Shown here piece after piece: positions 25,331 to 36,722 of a stretch of 50,411 nt of DNA. Position 1 is the first letter of the stretch; every line of letters begins with the position of its first letter. Origin of the DNA: Octopus bimaculoides (taxonomy: Eukaryota); NCBI RefSeq assembly GCF_001194135.2, contig NC_068987.1, forward strand, positions 25,413,794-25,464,204, written 5' to 3'. Under the pieces are notes generated by a model. The model did no database searches, had not been told where the DNA came from, and saw only the letters and a list, made by a program, of their open reading frames with translations. A program made the position numbers and the translations under genes.

Positions 25331-26374
25331 AATTTATGTACGTATATATGCATGTATGTATATATACGTGTATAGAATTATATGTATGTATACATGTATA
25401 TACACACGCATATATATACATGTCAATGTGTGTCTATGTATTTAAGTATAACACAATATTGCAAATCAGTATATAATTTTTACCGCACTTGTAATAGCTT
25501 GCAACAGTATAGTAAATTACCTTTGGTTAGGCTTTTTACTTTAGCCTTCATGTTTTTATTTAGATTAATATATCGTATTCAAATCGTTATATTCTTCGAT
25601 CATCTTCAAGAACACACGTTTGTAGGCAATCGCTCTACTGAACAGTAAGTTGCAAGTTCTGTTGAAAAATCAGCTCCGTGTATCAGCTTATAGGTTTAAC
25701 AGCGTGTAGTTGTTACATCGTAACTACTCACCGAATTAATTAAGGAAGTCTCTAAGCAAGCACCTGTCTTGCGAGAAATTTCCTCTTGTCAAATTTCCTC
25801 TTGTACAAGCTTGCCATCTTCAAAAAAGACACATTTTAGAATATTGGTAGAAATGCATAAAAAATCCGAATGGTTACATTTATAGCACCATTTGATCTTT
25901 GTTTCGCTCATTCAGTACGGATCTGGGCATAAACAATAGGCAAAGGCGATAGCAGTATTAGCAGCTTAAAGAGATTTTGCTGTGCTACAGTCCTTCTTTT
26001 CTTCAAGCTTTTCTATGTTTGTCTGTGGAAGTATTTAAACATACTATTTCCACTGTTTTATAGAAGTAGATTATCAACTTCTTGGATCAGCGAGGTACTG
26101 CTGGAGATTTGTTCATCATGTAATGTCTAAAATTGATGGTAATTTTTGTTGAGCACAATCCAAGATCAAGCTGCGTGAAGGTAAGAATTTGAGCCAGGAG
26201 CCATTTCATTAGCTCAGGAGAAAAACACCTGAATGGTAATAGCAATGGTATTGCTATTACAGGATATCGATTTCATTGCAAGTGACTCGATATATATCTC
26301 CATATTCCTCAATTCATTTCGTTACCGCTAACAGCTTCTAAATTAAATAGCATGTTGTGAAATAATGAAATAGG

Positions 26375-26560
26375 CTCTACGTTTGCCCAGCTTGCTAGAA
26401 GTAGTAATTCTTCCTTAATACACAACTTACTGTCTTAAAATAGGAAAAGACACTTTGAACAATGTAGTCCAAGATATATGACCTGATAATCCCGGCTAGA
26501 GCAACCTTGCTTGTAGGTCTCATTAAAGTTTAATCTGTAGCTGAATAAGAAAAGCAACAG
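26375..26560 (+). mobile_element. Family C retroposon, degenerate
   Basis: CTTGCTAGAAGTAG...GACACTTTGAACAATGTAGTCC... is the reverse complement of the family C block. Confidence 0.6.
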
Positions 26561-26929
26561 TAACAAACTAAACACGTTATCTACGATTGATTGGTTTCCT
26601 GTCTATGAGATTATGTTTCATTTACTTGACATCGTAAAATCAGAACAAATATCAGACCTTAAAACACAAATAGTTATTTGGGAACATCTCACATTTTATT
26701 GTATTTCACACTAACGTGATGTAGGTTAATTACACGTTATCTCATCCTTTTCTGTTCTACTTTATTTGTTTCACGAGTTATATGTAGATAGCCTTATCGC
26801 GTTTCACTGAGGCATACCGGAGTCTTGAGAGTTGATACAGAATTGCTCAACAGGCACTTCCAGGTTATCATTTTCTTTGTCCCTTAAGATGATCGAAGTT
26901 TTGAATTACACAGAGCGAGCCTGAAATAA

Positions 26930-27040
26930 TAATATGATATAATATAATAAAATATAATATATAATGATGTAATTATATAATATAATAATATCCTTTATAA
27001 TATGATATGATATAATATAATATAATATAATATAATATAT
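26930..27040. repeat. (ATAAT)n-like pentamer repeat
   Basis: Directly visible, degenerate. Confidence 0.9.
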
Positions 27041-27617
27041 AAAGAACTGAAAATGCGTGAATAAAGAATCCCTAATTGTAACTTTATAAGGCAATAAACT
27101 TCACTTTTATTCTTTTATTTGCTAATATATTATTTATTGATCCACTGAGCACATATAAGGTAGATGAGTTCTTAAGTATTCACAAGGGCCAAACTAAATG
27201 CGGGAACATGAATATCTAATTCGTGCTTGGTCGTTGATGCTAGAATACTCATCTCCGTAAATTCAGATCAGTTTAGTAGTCAGAGATCTACTTAATAAAG
27301 CAAATTCAACCAAGCCTGACTCATTGCATTGAACTGGATTCGTGAAGGAACTTATTCTAGCATCAATGTGTAACCACGTGTTATAGATGCATTTCATGTT
27401 TCTGCGTTCATTTCTAATCAATGTGAACACTTAGAACAACTTGGCGAACGGGTCTATCATAAAAATGTATTGTTACATGTTATTAGAATAGAACAAAATA
27501 TTTCCTGACCTTTGTTTGTAATCAATCTAGTCTTGTAAATAATCTATTCACGCACACCTCACGATATTACATTTGCTGTTTTTGAAGCAACATTATGAAG
27601 AGAAATAGAGGAGGTGC

Positions 27618-27619
<2 letters not shown>

Positions 27620-27688
<69 letters not shown>
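27620..27688. repeat. (GT)n microsatellite
   Basis: Directly visible. Confidence 0.98.
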
Positions 27689-27692
<4 letters not shown>

Positions 27693-27778
27693 AAAGTTCT
27701 ATATAAATTTTAGTTTATATATTTGAATTATTTTTAAATAAAACCAAATCTATATCAAATGTGTTTTTTCACTAACAG

Positions 27779-27894
27779 GCAAGTCGTCATCAGGGTATCA
27801 GCTGACTTCTACCTACGTTCGACCCCGGCTAACGGCTGACGGAGGAAGCGGGCATGCAGACAGTGGTGGGTTACTCAACAAAACACCTAGCTAG
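27779..27894 (+). CDS. Candidate terminal coding exon, product unknown
   Basis: Acceptor atgtgttttttcactaacag|; phase-1 frame gives (G)KSSSGYQLTSTYVRPRLTADGGSGHADSGGLLNKTPS* (TAG 27892-27894); phase-2 frame gives QVVIRVSADFYLRSTPANG*. Sharp GC rise after an AT-rich intron-like stretch; no homology recognised. Confidence 0.4.
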
Positions 27895-29116
27895 CATTCC
27901 TGCATGGGTTGGCTGCTCTTATTACTGTTGTTGCTGTGGTTGCTGCGGCATCTCTTGCTGCATGCAACCTCAGCGACTACAGAAGGATTTGTCATTTTCT
28001 TTCAGCTTTTCCTTTTTTCTATTATTTTAAGCCTCTGTAAAATATATATTTCCCATAAAGTCGTTATGTATACTTATAAACTCGTTCAACGCATAGTTCT
28101 TATAAAATACTACTTGTAATATATATTCATTATAGTGAAATCATTACGGAATAGCTATGGTGTAATAGTAACCTCAATGAAGTAGAGTATTTAAAGCTAT
28201 TCTCTTCTGAAAAAAAAAAAAAAAAAAAAAAAGCCTATTGAGTGGTAGAATCAGTAGAACAGAAGTATTTAATTGCGTTCTTTTACGTTCGATTTCCACC
28301 GGAGTTCACTTTAGTACATATCAATGCCGGCAGGATGAACTACTAGCTTGATTTATTCCGGCCTCAAAATGTGCAATACTACAAATATTATTTTATGAAA
28401 CTGTAATGGGTTCTATCTGAAAAGCATGTCTTCATATTGTGTATTCCTGCGAAAATCTCTCTAAACTATATCCTTGGGAGAGGCCGAATACTATACTGCA
28501 TGCTTACTTAGTAACAATGATTTATCCTGACTGCATATTTGCAGCTAAATGCGTTGAAACATTTGTGAGTTTCAGTCTGACAGAATAAGAACCGCTGACT
28601 TCATGTTTAGTTGTCTCCAGCTATGCAGACGTACTCGCTAATAAGGAGGTGAAGTGCACGGTCAGTTCTAAAGCTAAGTTTTTCACGATATGCAAATAAA
28701 AAGTATATCGGAACATCAGTCATGTATGTAGAATAGGACGAAGGCGAAGAATTTGCGACTTTAAGGCCGCTCGTGATCTTCTGAAAGAGGTAAAACTTTG
28801 AGAGAAAATCATTATACTGGAATATATTTTTGTTGATTTAATTTAATGTAGAGCCTATCTTTCCACCTTATGGCTAATTTTAGAAGCATCTATGATTTTT
28901 CTTCATCCTCACTTGTAATTGCTTGTTTACAGTAATTACGGTGTGTTTAAATAATAGAAATCCGACGTAATAATAAGTAAATGTGTTTTTATTCTAAAAC
29001 GCTGCCTTTTACACGATACGTAACATATTTTAGCTATTAGTTCCTTTAATGAATTATTATATTTTATAAACAATAAGTTTAGCAGAATAAAAAAGTACTT
29101 TGAAATCAAACCTTAT

Positions 29117-29209
29117 CAGATGGCAGTTAACTTCAATGCATCGTTGTCACGTGGCAGTTAACTTCAATGTGTCTTTGCCAGATGACAATTAATTTAATAT
29201 GGCTTTCTT
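29117..29209. repeat. 31-bp tandem repeat x3
   Basis: CAGATGGCAGTTAACTTCAATGCATCGTTGT / CACGTGGCAGTTAACTTCAATGTGTCTTTGC / degenerate third copy. Confidence 0.85.
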
Positions 29210-29857
29210 TTTTTTTTTTTTACATAAAAGAAAAGTTCCCTACCTCTGATATGGAAGATTCAAAGTTGAAAACGTTGTGTAAAAATAAGTATACTCATAG
29301 CATATTCTAAAACTACGCCCTTGGCGTAAATATTTTCCAAGAAACCGCACTATTTATACAGAAAATGTATTTTTAATTTGTGCATGTATACAATATTACG
29401 AACCCATATTGTTTCTACATTTCTCCATCGATAATGATATTTACATAAAAACACTTAGCTAATGCATTAAAGTATTTGGGAATTATTTAATAATCAGTTA
29501 AATATTGTTATCAAAGAATATCACGAAAACTAAATAGACTGGTCTTTCTGAAAAGTTCGTTAGAGTAGACTCTTTACTTAAGATTTCTTTTCTGAACTTA
29601 TTCACGCTGGTATTTCGGGTCTCCAACTAAACGCGCACTCACTTGGGATTTGTATTCTGTTGCACTGGCGCTATATGCATCACTAAATCTTCTGCACCTA
29701 ACTGCAATATACAGCTATTTGCACACAACTACAGAGGGTTTATTTGGAGTCAGTCAGTCTTCATTATCGTCATTATCTTCATCTTCGTCATCATCATCAT
29801 CATCGTCATCATCATTGACATCATCGCCATTATCATCATCGTCGTCGTCAAAAATGA

Positions 29858-29896
<39 letters not shown>

Positions 29897-29898
<2 letters not shown>

Positions 29899-30122
29899 GG
29901 CGGCGAGATGGTGGAATCGTTAGCACGCCGGGCGAAATGCTTAGCGGCATTTCGTCCGTCTTCGCGTTCTGAGTTCAAATTCCGCCTAGGTCAACTTTGC
30001 CTTTCATCCTTTCGAGGGTCGATGAAATAAGCACCAGTCGAGCACTTGAGTCGCGGTAATCGACTTTCCCCCCACGCCAAAATTTAAGGCTTTGTACCTA
30101 TAGCAGAAAAAAAGATTATTAT
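29897..30122 (+). mobile_element. SINE family A inserted in an (ATT)n tract
   Basis: Full A-box, B-box, central block and tail; (ATT)n on both sides. Confidence 0.92.
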
Positions 30123-30377
30123 TCAAGGGCGTCAGANNNNNNNNNNNNNNNNNNNNNNNNNNNNNNNNNNNNNNNNNNNNNNNNNNNNNNNNNNNNNNNN
30201 NNNNNNNNNNNNNNNNNNNNNNNNNNNNNNNNNNNNNNNNNNNNNNNNNNNNNNNNNNNNNNNNNNNNNNNNNNNNNNNNNNNNNNNNNNNNNNNNNNNN
30301 NNNNNNNNNNNNNNNNNNNNNNNNNNNNNNNNNNNNNNNNNNNNNNNNNNNNNNNNNNNNNNNNNNNNNNNNNCTTT

Positions 30378-30665
30378 GGTCATGAATGATCATGTGATTG
30401 CACCTAGAAAGTTACGCTCCGCGGCACACGGCCGAGCAAAGTTGTTTATGGAAGACCAGCAAGCGCCCATGCATACCAGCACTCCCCTCTCCAAAGGCCG
30501 ATACGGTTTGGCACCAGTGGCGTCGCAGCTCATTTCTACAGCTGAGTGAACAGGAGCAACGTGAAATAAAATGTCTTGCTCAAGAACACAATATACAGCC
30601 CGTCCAGGAATCGAACTCACTACCTCATGATTGTGAGCCCGATACTCTAACCACTGAGCCATGCG
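30378..30665 (-). mobile_element. SINE family D
   Basis: Minus strand GCATGGCTCAGTGGTTAGAG...GAGTTCGATTCCTGGAC...CTTGAGCAAGACA...CACTCAGCTGTAGAAATGAG; paralog of 2045-2352. Confidence 0.88.
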
Positions 30666-30849
30666 ACTTCTGTTTCGGAATTCAACTCCGACTGGAGGGG
30701 AATTTCTTTTATCTCTATATTCTGATGGCCAGATTTGTAAAACAACTAATAAAAGGTGAATGATTTTTGTCCTATAGATCTCAGCAATGATCATGAAGAC
30801 ATCAGTAATAACCATCAATAATACAATGTACTGGGTAGATATGTTGCCC

Positions 30850-31255
30850 TAAGCATTCTGGGTTACACATGTTAATGACTGTTAACAGGGTTATTGTGCT
30901 ATTGACTGCAAAACTGGGTACTTATACTATTAACTATATGCTATTAACTGTATACCGGGTACTTATGTTACAAATACTATTGACTGCATACCGAATACTT
31001 GTTGCTGACTGGGCACAGGGTGCTAGTGTTATCAACTGTATACCGAGTACTTATGTTAACTGCAAGCTGGGTACATATATTCTGACTGCACCTAGTACAT
31101 AGGTTATCGACTATATACCGGGTACATATAATATTGACTGTATATCGAATGCAATAATACTGATTGTATACCGTGTACGTACATATATGATCGACTATAC
31201 TGGGGACTTTTATTAATTACTGCGTACCAGGTATTTATGTCATCGATTGTGTGCT
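30850..31255. repeat. Degenerate ~25-bp minisatellite (consensus ~TATYGACTGTATACCGGGTACTTATG)
   Basis: Roughly 14-16 diverged units judged by eye. Confidence 0.85.
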
Positions 31256-31459
31256 GTGTTCTGATTTTATCGATCCCGAAAGCCTGAAAGGAGAAAATGT
31301 TGTTATTGCTGTGTATTCTTCTGCACACCCTGCTCAAGCAGACCTGTGGGTGGCACCTCGGTAACTGGTTAAATATCTCGAACATTCAAATATTTCGAAC
31401 CGTCATCTTTAGAATGATTCTATATGATTACTATGTTGTTTACTAACCTCCGTGTCATC

Positions 31460-31615
31460 TCTGACCTATGATCAAGGGCGTTCTATCCGTGACAATCTCG
31501 TATTTTTACATCTCCTTATATATTTTGTAATCAAAGAACTTCTTCCTTTTTAAGTGTATCTTAGGAGATAGATTTAGTTGTTGTTTCTAGCAGGTCGAGC
31601 TACCGTGCAGAGGCA
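31460..31615 (-). mobile_element. Family C retroposon
   Basis: GACCTATGATCAAGGGCGTTC...GATTTAGTTGTTGTTTCTAGCAGGTCGAGC. Confidence 0.8.
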
Positions 31616-31929
31616 AAAAAAAAATTAATATCTTCTTCATTCTGGTGCGGTGATGATGTAAATTTTTGGGGTCACAACAACCTTATGAGAATATCAGTCG
31701 AGGTGTAAGCCTACGAGATAACCTGAGGAAGCTGACGAAACACTCGTTAATTATATATTTTCATTAATGACTTCCGCTTCCCATCTACAAGATGACTCGA
31801 ACATTGTAGAAATAACATACATGTTGGAAATGGTAGCCAATACTCACTCTAATGACACCCTGTCTATCTTGAAAATGAAACATTCGATAATGTATTCCAC
31901 AGTAGATTATGCCTAAAATATAGATAAAA

Positions 31930-32060
31930 TGGCCATGGCTGGAACGCTTTTGCTTATAGGTCTGAATAGTCATAGTTTGCAGGTCGTTGATCATAGATAT
32001 ACTTGATCATAGAGCAGACTTTGTCTTTTGTCTTAAAACTGAATTGAGGACTAAATAACC
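31930..32060 (+). mobile_element. Family C retroposon (3' part), inverted relative to 31460-31615
   Basis: ATGGCCATGGCTGGAACGCTTTTGCTTATAGGTCTG...GGACTAAATAAC. Confidence 0.65.
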
Positions 32061-32444
32061 AGAAGATAATAACTTCCAGAGAGTCATGAGTTACAACCTC
32101 ATATAAACAATTTCCTTAGCTCTCACAATTAAAACTAAGTCTGTTGATAATTTATCTAATTAGCGTTTAAGAAGGTCTTTACGGCTTACTTTCATCTTTG
32201 ATGTGTTTTATAAACATCATTTCTTCTAATGACTAATTTTCAAGCCTAGGCACATTTTTACGTTTCATAAGTAATAATAACTCTTTTCTTTCAGATATTT
32301 AATTAACATTAAAAGAAACGTTTGTGTACAAAGACACGCATGTGCATGCGCACACATACATTTATAAGATATCGTGTGTGTGTGTGTGTGTGTGTGTCTG
32401 TCTGTCTGTCTGTCTGTGATGTGTGCTCAATATATCTTGTGTGT

Positions 32445-32658
32445 AAGGCGGCGAACTGGCAGAAACGTTAGCACGCTGGGCGAAATGCTTAGCGGTACTT
32501 CGTCTGTCTTTACGTTCTGAGTTCAAATTCCGCCGAGGTCGTCTTTGACTTTCGTCCTTTCGGGGTCGATAAATTAAGAACCATTTGCGTACTGGAGGCG
32601 ATCTATTCGACTATCCCCCTCCCCCAAAATTTCGGGCCTTGTGCCTAGAATAGAAAAG
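32445..32658 (+). mobile_element. SINE family A with a 16-bp TSD
   Basis: Near-consensus copy; AATATATCTTGTGTGT (32429-32444) and AATATATCTTGGGTGT (32659-32674). Confidence 0.95.
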
Positions 32659-33000
32659 AATATATCTTGGGTGTGCAGTTAGATGTGCGACTGCTATTGG
32701 TGAATTTAGAGCTTCACGAAGACCGTCATTATCCAGTATAGTGGTGTGGTTACTAATATTCGCTAGTCGTATTACTGGTTATAACATACAGAGCAGATTC
32801 GGAGAAATTATTCGTTTCCTACGTGCGTTTCACCATTGTGGCTATTTGCAGCGTCTGCATTGGATGATCCAAGTGCAATGGAACACTGAAGCGCAGAAAC
32901 CACCTGGAGAACATTTTATGACATTGTTACAGAGGTCAAATACCTATTAATGTGGATAATATTACGTTAATATAAAATATGTTATATTCTATGTGTATGT

Positions 33001-34255
33001 AAGGCTGAATCGTTAGCACCCCGGATATAATGCTTTGCAGTATTTCGTCCGGCTTTACATTCTGAGTTCAAAGTCCGCTGAGATTGACTTTGCCTTCCAA
33101 CCTCTCGTGATCGATAAAAAAAGTACCAGCTGAGCACTAGGGTTGATGTAATCGACTTACTCCCTTCTCAGAAATTGCTGACCTTGTTCCAAAATTTGAA
33201 ACCAATATTGTGTGTGTGTGATACTTATAAATGTGTAATTTTAATTTTTCATAAAACCCTAACCATTCAGGTTATAGTTATTCCATATTTATATTCTAGT
33301 GTTTGCTTCAGTAATAAACAGGGGAATTGCAGTGTGTTACTAGTTTGTGTTAGACTTCTCTGGCGCGGTATGTCTAGTGATTAAGTTTCTGAAATACGAT
33401 CCTCGTATAAGACGACTGAGAGTAAATGATATTAGCTAACCAGTATAACATTTATAAGTACTTATTTGTGTTAAATCGTTCACATGCGCTTTGGTGTCGT
33501 TGCTAACACGGTTACCCGGTATAAGGTCGCATAATTATATTCCTAATGTTTAACAGAATTGGTAGAGCGTATTTATCTCGGCCTCCTGCGTTCTGAGTCC
33601 AAATACCGCCGAAGTCCAATTTGCTTGTCATCTATCACGGATTTGATACAATAAGTATCAGTTAAGTACTGGGTTTGACATAATTGACCGTTTTCTTTCC
33701 ACAAACACTTATAGACTTATGTCTATGTAAGAAAGTTTTATTGATAATTATTTATCTAAGAAAGGTAGATTGGTAGAATCAATAGAATGTCGTATTTAAT
33801 TACGATTCTTTACATTCTGAGTTCAAAGCTGGATTTTGCTATCCATCTTCCAGGATTTATAAACTGAAGTAATATCAATTACTGGGATTGATATCATTGG
33901 CTGTTCCCCGCTCTTGAATTTCAAGTCATGTATCTATGTTAGAAATTAATATATATTTAGCGAGATGCGCTGAATTAGCGATATTATTAGAAAACTGGAC
34001 AAAATACCTTGCAGTTATTAGGTATGCCACTCTATATTCTGAGTTCTAATCCTTTAGAGATCAACTTTGCCTTTCGACCTTTCCGAGTCGTTAAAATAAA
34101 GTACCAGTCTAGCACGAGAACTGAGGTCCATGGTATCGAGCAACTCCTTCCAGTAAGAGTCCAGTCCTTATGCCTATGATAGAAACAGTTATTAATATTA
34201 ACCCTCAGACGCTGAATTTTTCCGAATAGTTAGAGCGACGGACGAAAATGGCTAC
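33001..34255 (+). mobile_element. Cluster of four degenerate family A SINEs plus a head fragment (33001-33205, 33555-33735, 33762-33945, 33958-34190, 34208-34255)
   Basis: Each retains TTCTGAGTYC, a central block remnant and the tail; all on the plus strand. Confidence 0.75.
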
Positions 34256-34296
34256 CTAGTTTAAATCCTACCTTAGCGCATTTTGGCTTTTATATA

Positions 34297-34615
34297 TAGG
34301 AGTGGCTGTGTGGTAAGTAGCTTGCTTACCAACCACATGGTCCCGGGTTCAGTCCCACTGCGTGGCATCTTGGGCAGGTGTCTTCTACTATAGCCTCAGG
34401 CCGACCAATGCCTTGTGAGTGGATTTGGTAGACGGAAACTGAAAGAAGCCTGTCGTATATATGTATATATATATGTATGTGTGTATGGGTTTGTATGTCT
34501 GTGTTTGTCCCCCCAACATCGCTTGACAACCAATGCTGGTGTGTTTATGTCCCCGTAACTTAGCGGTTCGGCAAAAGAGACCGATAGAATAAGTACTAGG
34601 CTTCCAAAGAATAAG
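34297..34615 (+). mobile_element. CORE-like SINE, family B (runs into a gap)
   Basis: GGAGTGGCTGTGTGGTAAG, B-box GGTTCAGTCCC, ATCTTGGGCAGGTGTCTT (resembles the MIR CORE start CCTTGGGCAAGTCACTT), internal (TA)/(TG) tract. Consistent with octopus OR-type SINEs, from memory. Confidence 0.9.
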
Positions 34616-35029
34616 NNNNNNNNNNNNNNNNNNNNNNNNNNNNNNNNNNNNNNNNNNNNNNNNNNNNNNNNNNNNNNNNNNNNNNNNNNNNNNNNNNNNN
34701 NNNNNNNNNNNNNNNNNNNNNNNNNNNNNNNNNNNNNNNNNNNNNNNNNNNNNNNNNNNNNNNNNNNNNNNNNNNNNNNNNNNNNNNNNNNNNNNNNNNN
34801 NNNNNNNNNNNNNNNNNNNNNNNNNNNNNNNNNNNNNNNNNNNNNNNNNNNNNNNNNNNNNNNNNNNNNNNNNNNNNNNNNNNNNNNNNNNNNNNNNNNN
34901 NNNNNNNNNNNNNNNNNNNNNNNNNNNNNNNNNNNNNNNNNNNNNNNNNNNNNNNNNNNNNNNNNNNNNNNNNNNNNNNNNNNNNNNNNNNNNNNNNNNN
35001 NNNNNNNNNNNTATATATATATATGGGAG

Positions 35030-35212
35030 AATATACAAATAATAACAACAGACGAGGACAGGTGGTGTAAATAACAAAAGTATGTATTAGTATGACGCTC
35101 GGGAATACGGAAAGTCTTTGACGTTTCGAGCTACGCTCTTCAACAGAAAGAATACGGAGACAAGGAGAAAAACACGGAGAAAAAAAATTGAATAGTGTTC
35201 AGTCAACGGTCA

Positions 35213-35215
<3 letters not shown>
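35030..35215 (-). mobile_element. Small non-autonomous repeat (Penelope-terminus-like) between two (TA)n tracts
   Basis: Minus strand TTGAAGAGCGTAGCTCGAAACGTCAAAGACTTTCC...TAATACA...CCTGTCCTCGTC; paralogs at 37765-37950 and 13120-13193. Confidence 0.75.
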
Positions 35216-35250
<35 letters not shown>

Positions 35251-36566
35251 CCGCCAGTTCCATATCATAAGTATATACCTATATATGCTTATATAACTAT
35301 ATATTGTCTCGCAATCCTTTGTAATTTCTTGTAAGATAAAACAATATATGACGACAATCTTCATGAATAATATAATATCTAATAATAAAATTCATTCTGA
35401 TTTCTCTCAGATCCCTGTTTGTTTTACGGAGAAAAATACCTGGGAGATACAACTGAACTTACTTCTATTCATGATAAACAAACATGCTTTAATTTCGAAT
35501 ATAATTACATAATTTTTTGCTGGAACAAAAAAATCCCAAGATTCTTAGAACTCTTGTGATGATACAATGCTAATAGAAACCTGATTGTTATTAATACCAG
35601 AATAATAATAAGAAACCATTGCAAGTGTAGGGTGTCAAAAGTCTCATTATACTAAATTTAGTAAAGGAAAAAATATTGGCCAGTATCGATCGTGTGTAAA
35701 TTGCGTGTAAGGCGATGTTGCGTCGTTCTTGCGTGTAACTGACATATTAACACATTGTTCTGAAACGAAACCAGTGCCTTGTGTGTTAATCACGTAACTA
35801 ATACTTTTGACTTGAAAAGAATCAATCGGATCTGAAACGTTACGCACCATATTATTATTGTTTCATCTAATATCTTTTGTAAAATTTCTAATCAGAATTT
35901 CAAGACATTGAGAAAGTTTTATAGAAATGTCATAGAGAGTGAGCGCGCGCGCGCGTGTGTGCGTACGTGGCGTGAAATTGGAAATTTCTCGTTTGATATT
36001 GTTTCGCTTTTAATCGTCACAGTTGTTTAGACCTAGATTGGTCTTGATCAAGCAAACCAAGGATCGAAGACGTTCCTAGCACGATCATTCAATATTCATT
36101 ATAAGACGTAGCATAGCAAGGACTACACCATCCAATGAATCCATTCTCGTTTAAACAGCAGGATATGATATTTATGTGTATATATGAAAGTGGGTATGCG
36201 TGTGACTATGTGTAGGATGTGCATAGCCTGAATTTCGAACAAGGAACTTCTAATTATTAAAAGGAATCCACGATTGACCGTCTAATATGTGTTATGCATA
36301 TGTAATTATATACTGTATACCTATACGTTGCCCTGTGGTGTTGTCCATCTGAAGTTATCATCCTCTAGATACAAATGTGATGTATACAAGTATACGTGTA
36401 CGATCCTGTCTCCTTGCTTTGATATATATATATATATATATATATGTAAAGACATGTGAAAATTTTGGGAATTAGGGTTCTTGAAGCGCCTCATATACAG
36501 TAATAAAGAATTGAATATAAATATTAAGTTGGAAAACCCTTTTCTGGATAGAAAAACTCGAAAGTT

Positions 36567-36622
36567 GCCCGTGAGACGCGAGCTCACATTTCCATGGCAG
36601 GCGTTCTACCATTGCACCAAAG
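36567..36622 (-). pseudogene. tRNA-Gly(GCC)-like relic or SINE head
   Basis: TGGTGCAATGGTAGAACG (D-arm/A-box-like), CTGCCAT anticodon-loop-like heptamer, T-arm GTGAG-CTCGCGT-CTCAC; no acceptor stem and a mutated T-loop. Confidence 0.5.
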
Positions 36623-36722
36623 TAATCCTTTGAATTTCTTTATCCATTTTAGATACCTTATTTTTACCAGTGAGAACTGTGGATTATTGCTGTCATGAAA
36701 ATTTTCTAACTTTCGAGAGAAT

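Noticed and set aside
27904-27990. MGWLLLLLLLLWLLRHLLLHATSA as the signal peptide of a separate secreted protein, and the overlapping Cys-rich MQTVVG...CCCCGCCGISCC frame
   Set aside because: No good donor follows and both arise from one TGT/TGC/CTG triplet tract. Kept only as the possible readthrough extension.
30850-31255. CRISPR-like array (also 48570-49205 and 12629-12690)
   Set aside because: Eukaryotic context, no unique spacers between constant repeats, no cas genes.
31715-31760. CTGAGGA-AGCTGAC-GAAAC as a hammerhead ribozyme
   Set aside because: Core boxes are present, but helix I does not pair, helix II has no closing pair and helix III is only 2 bp.
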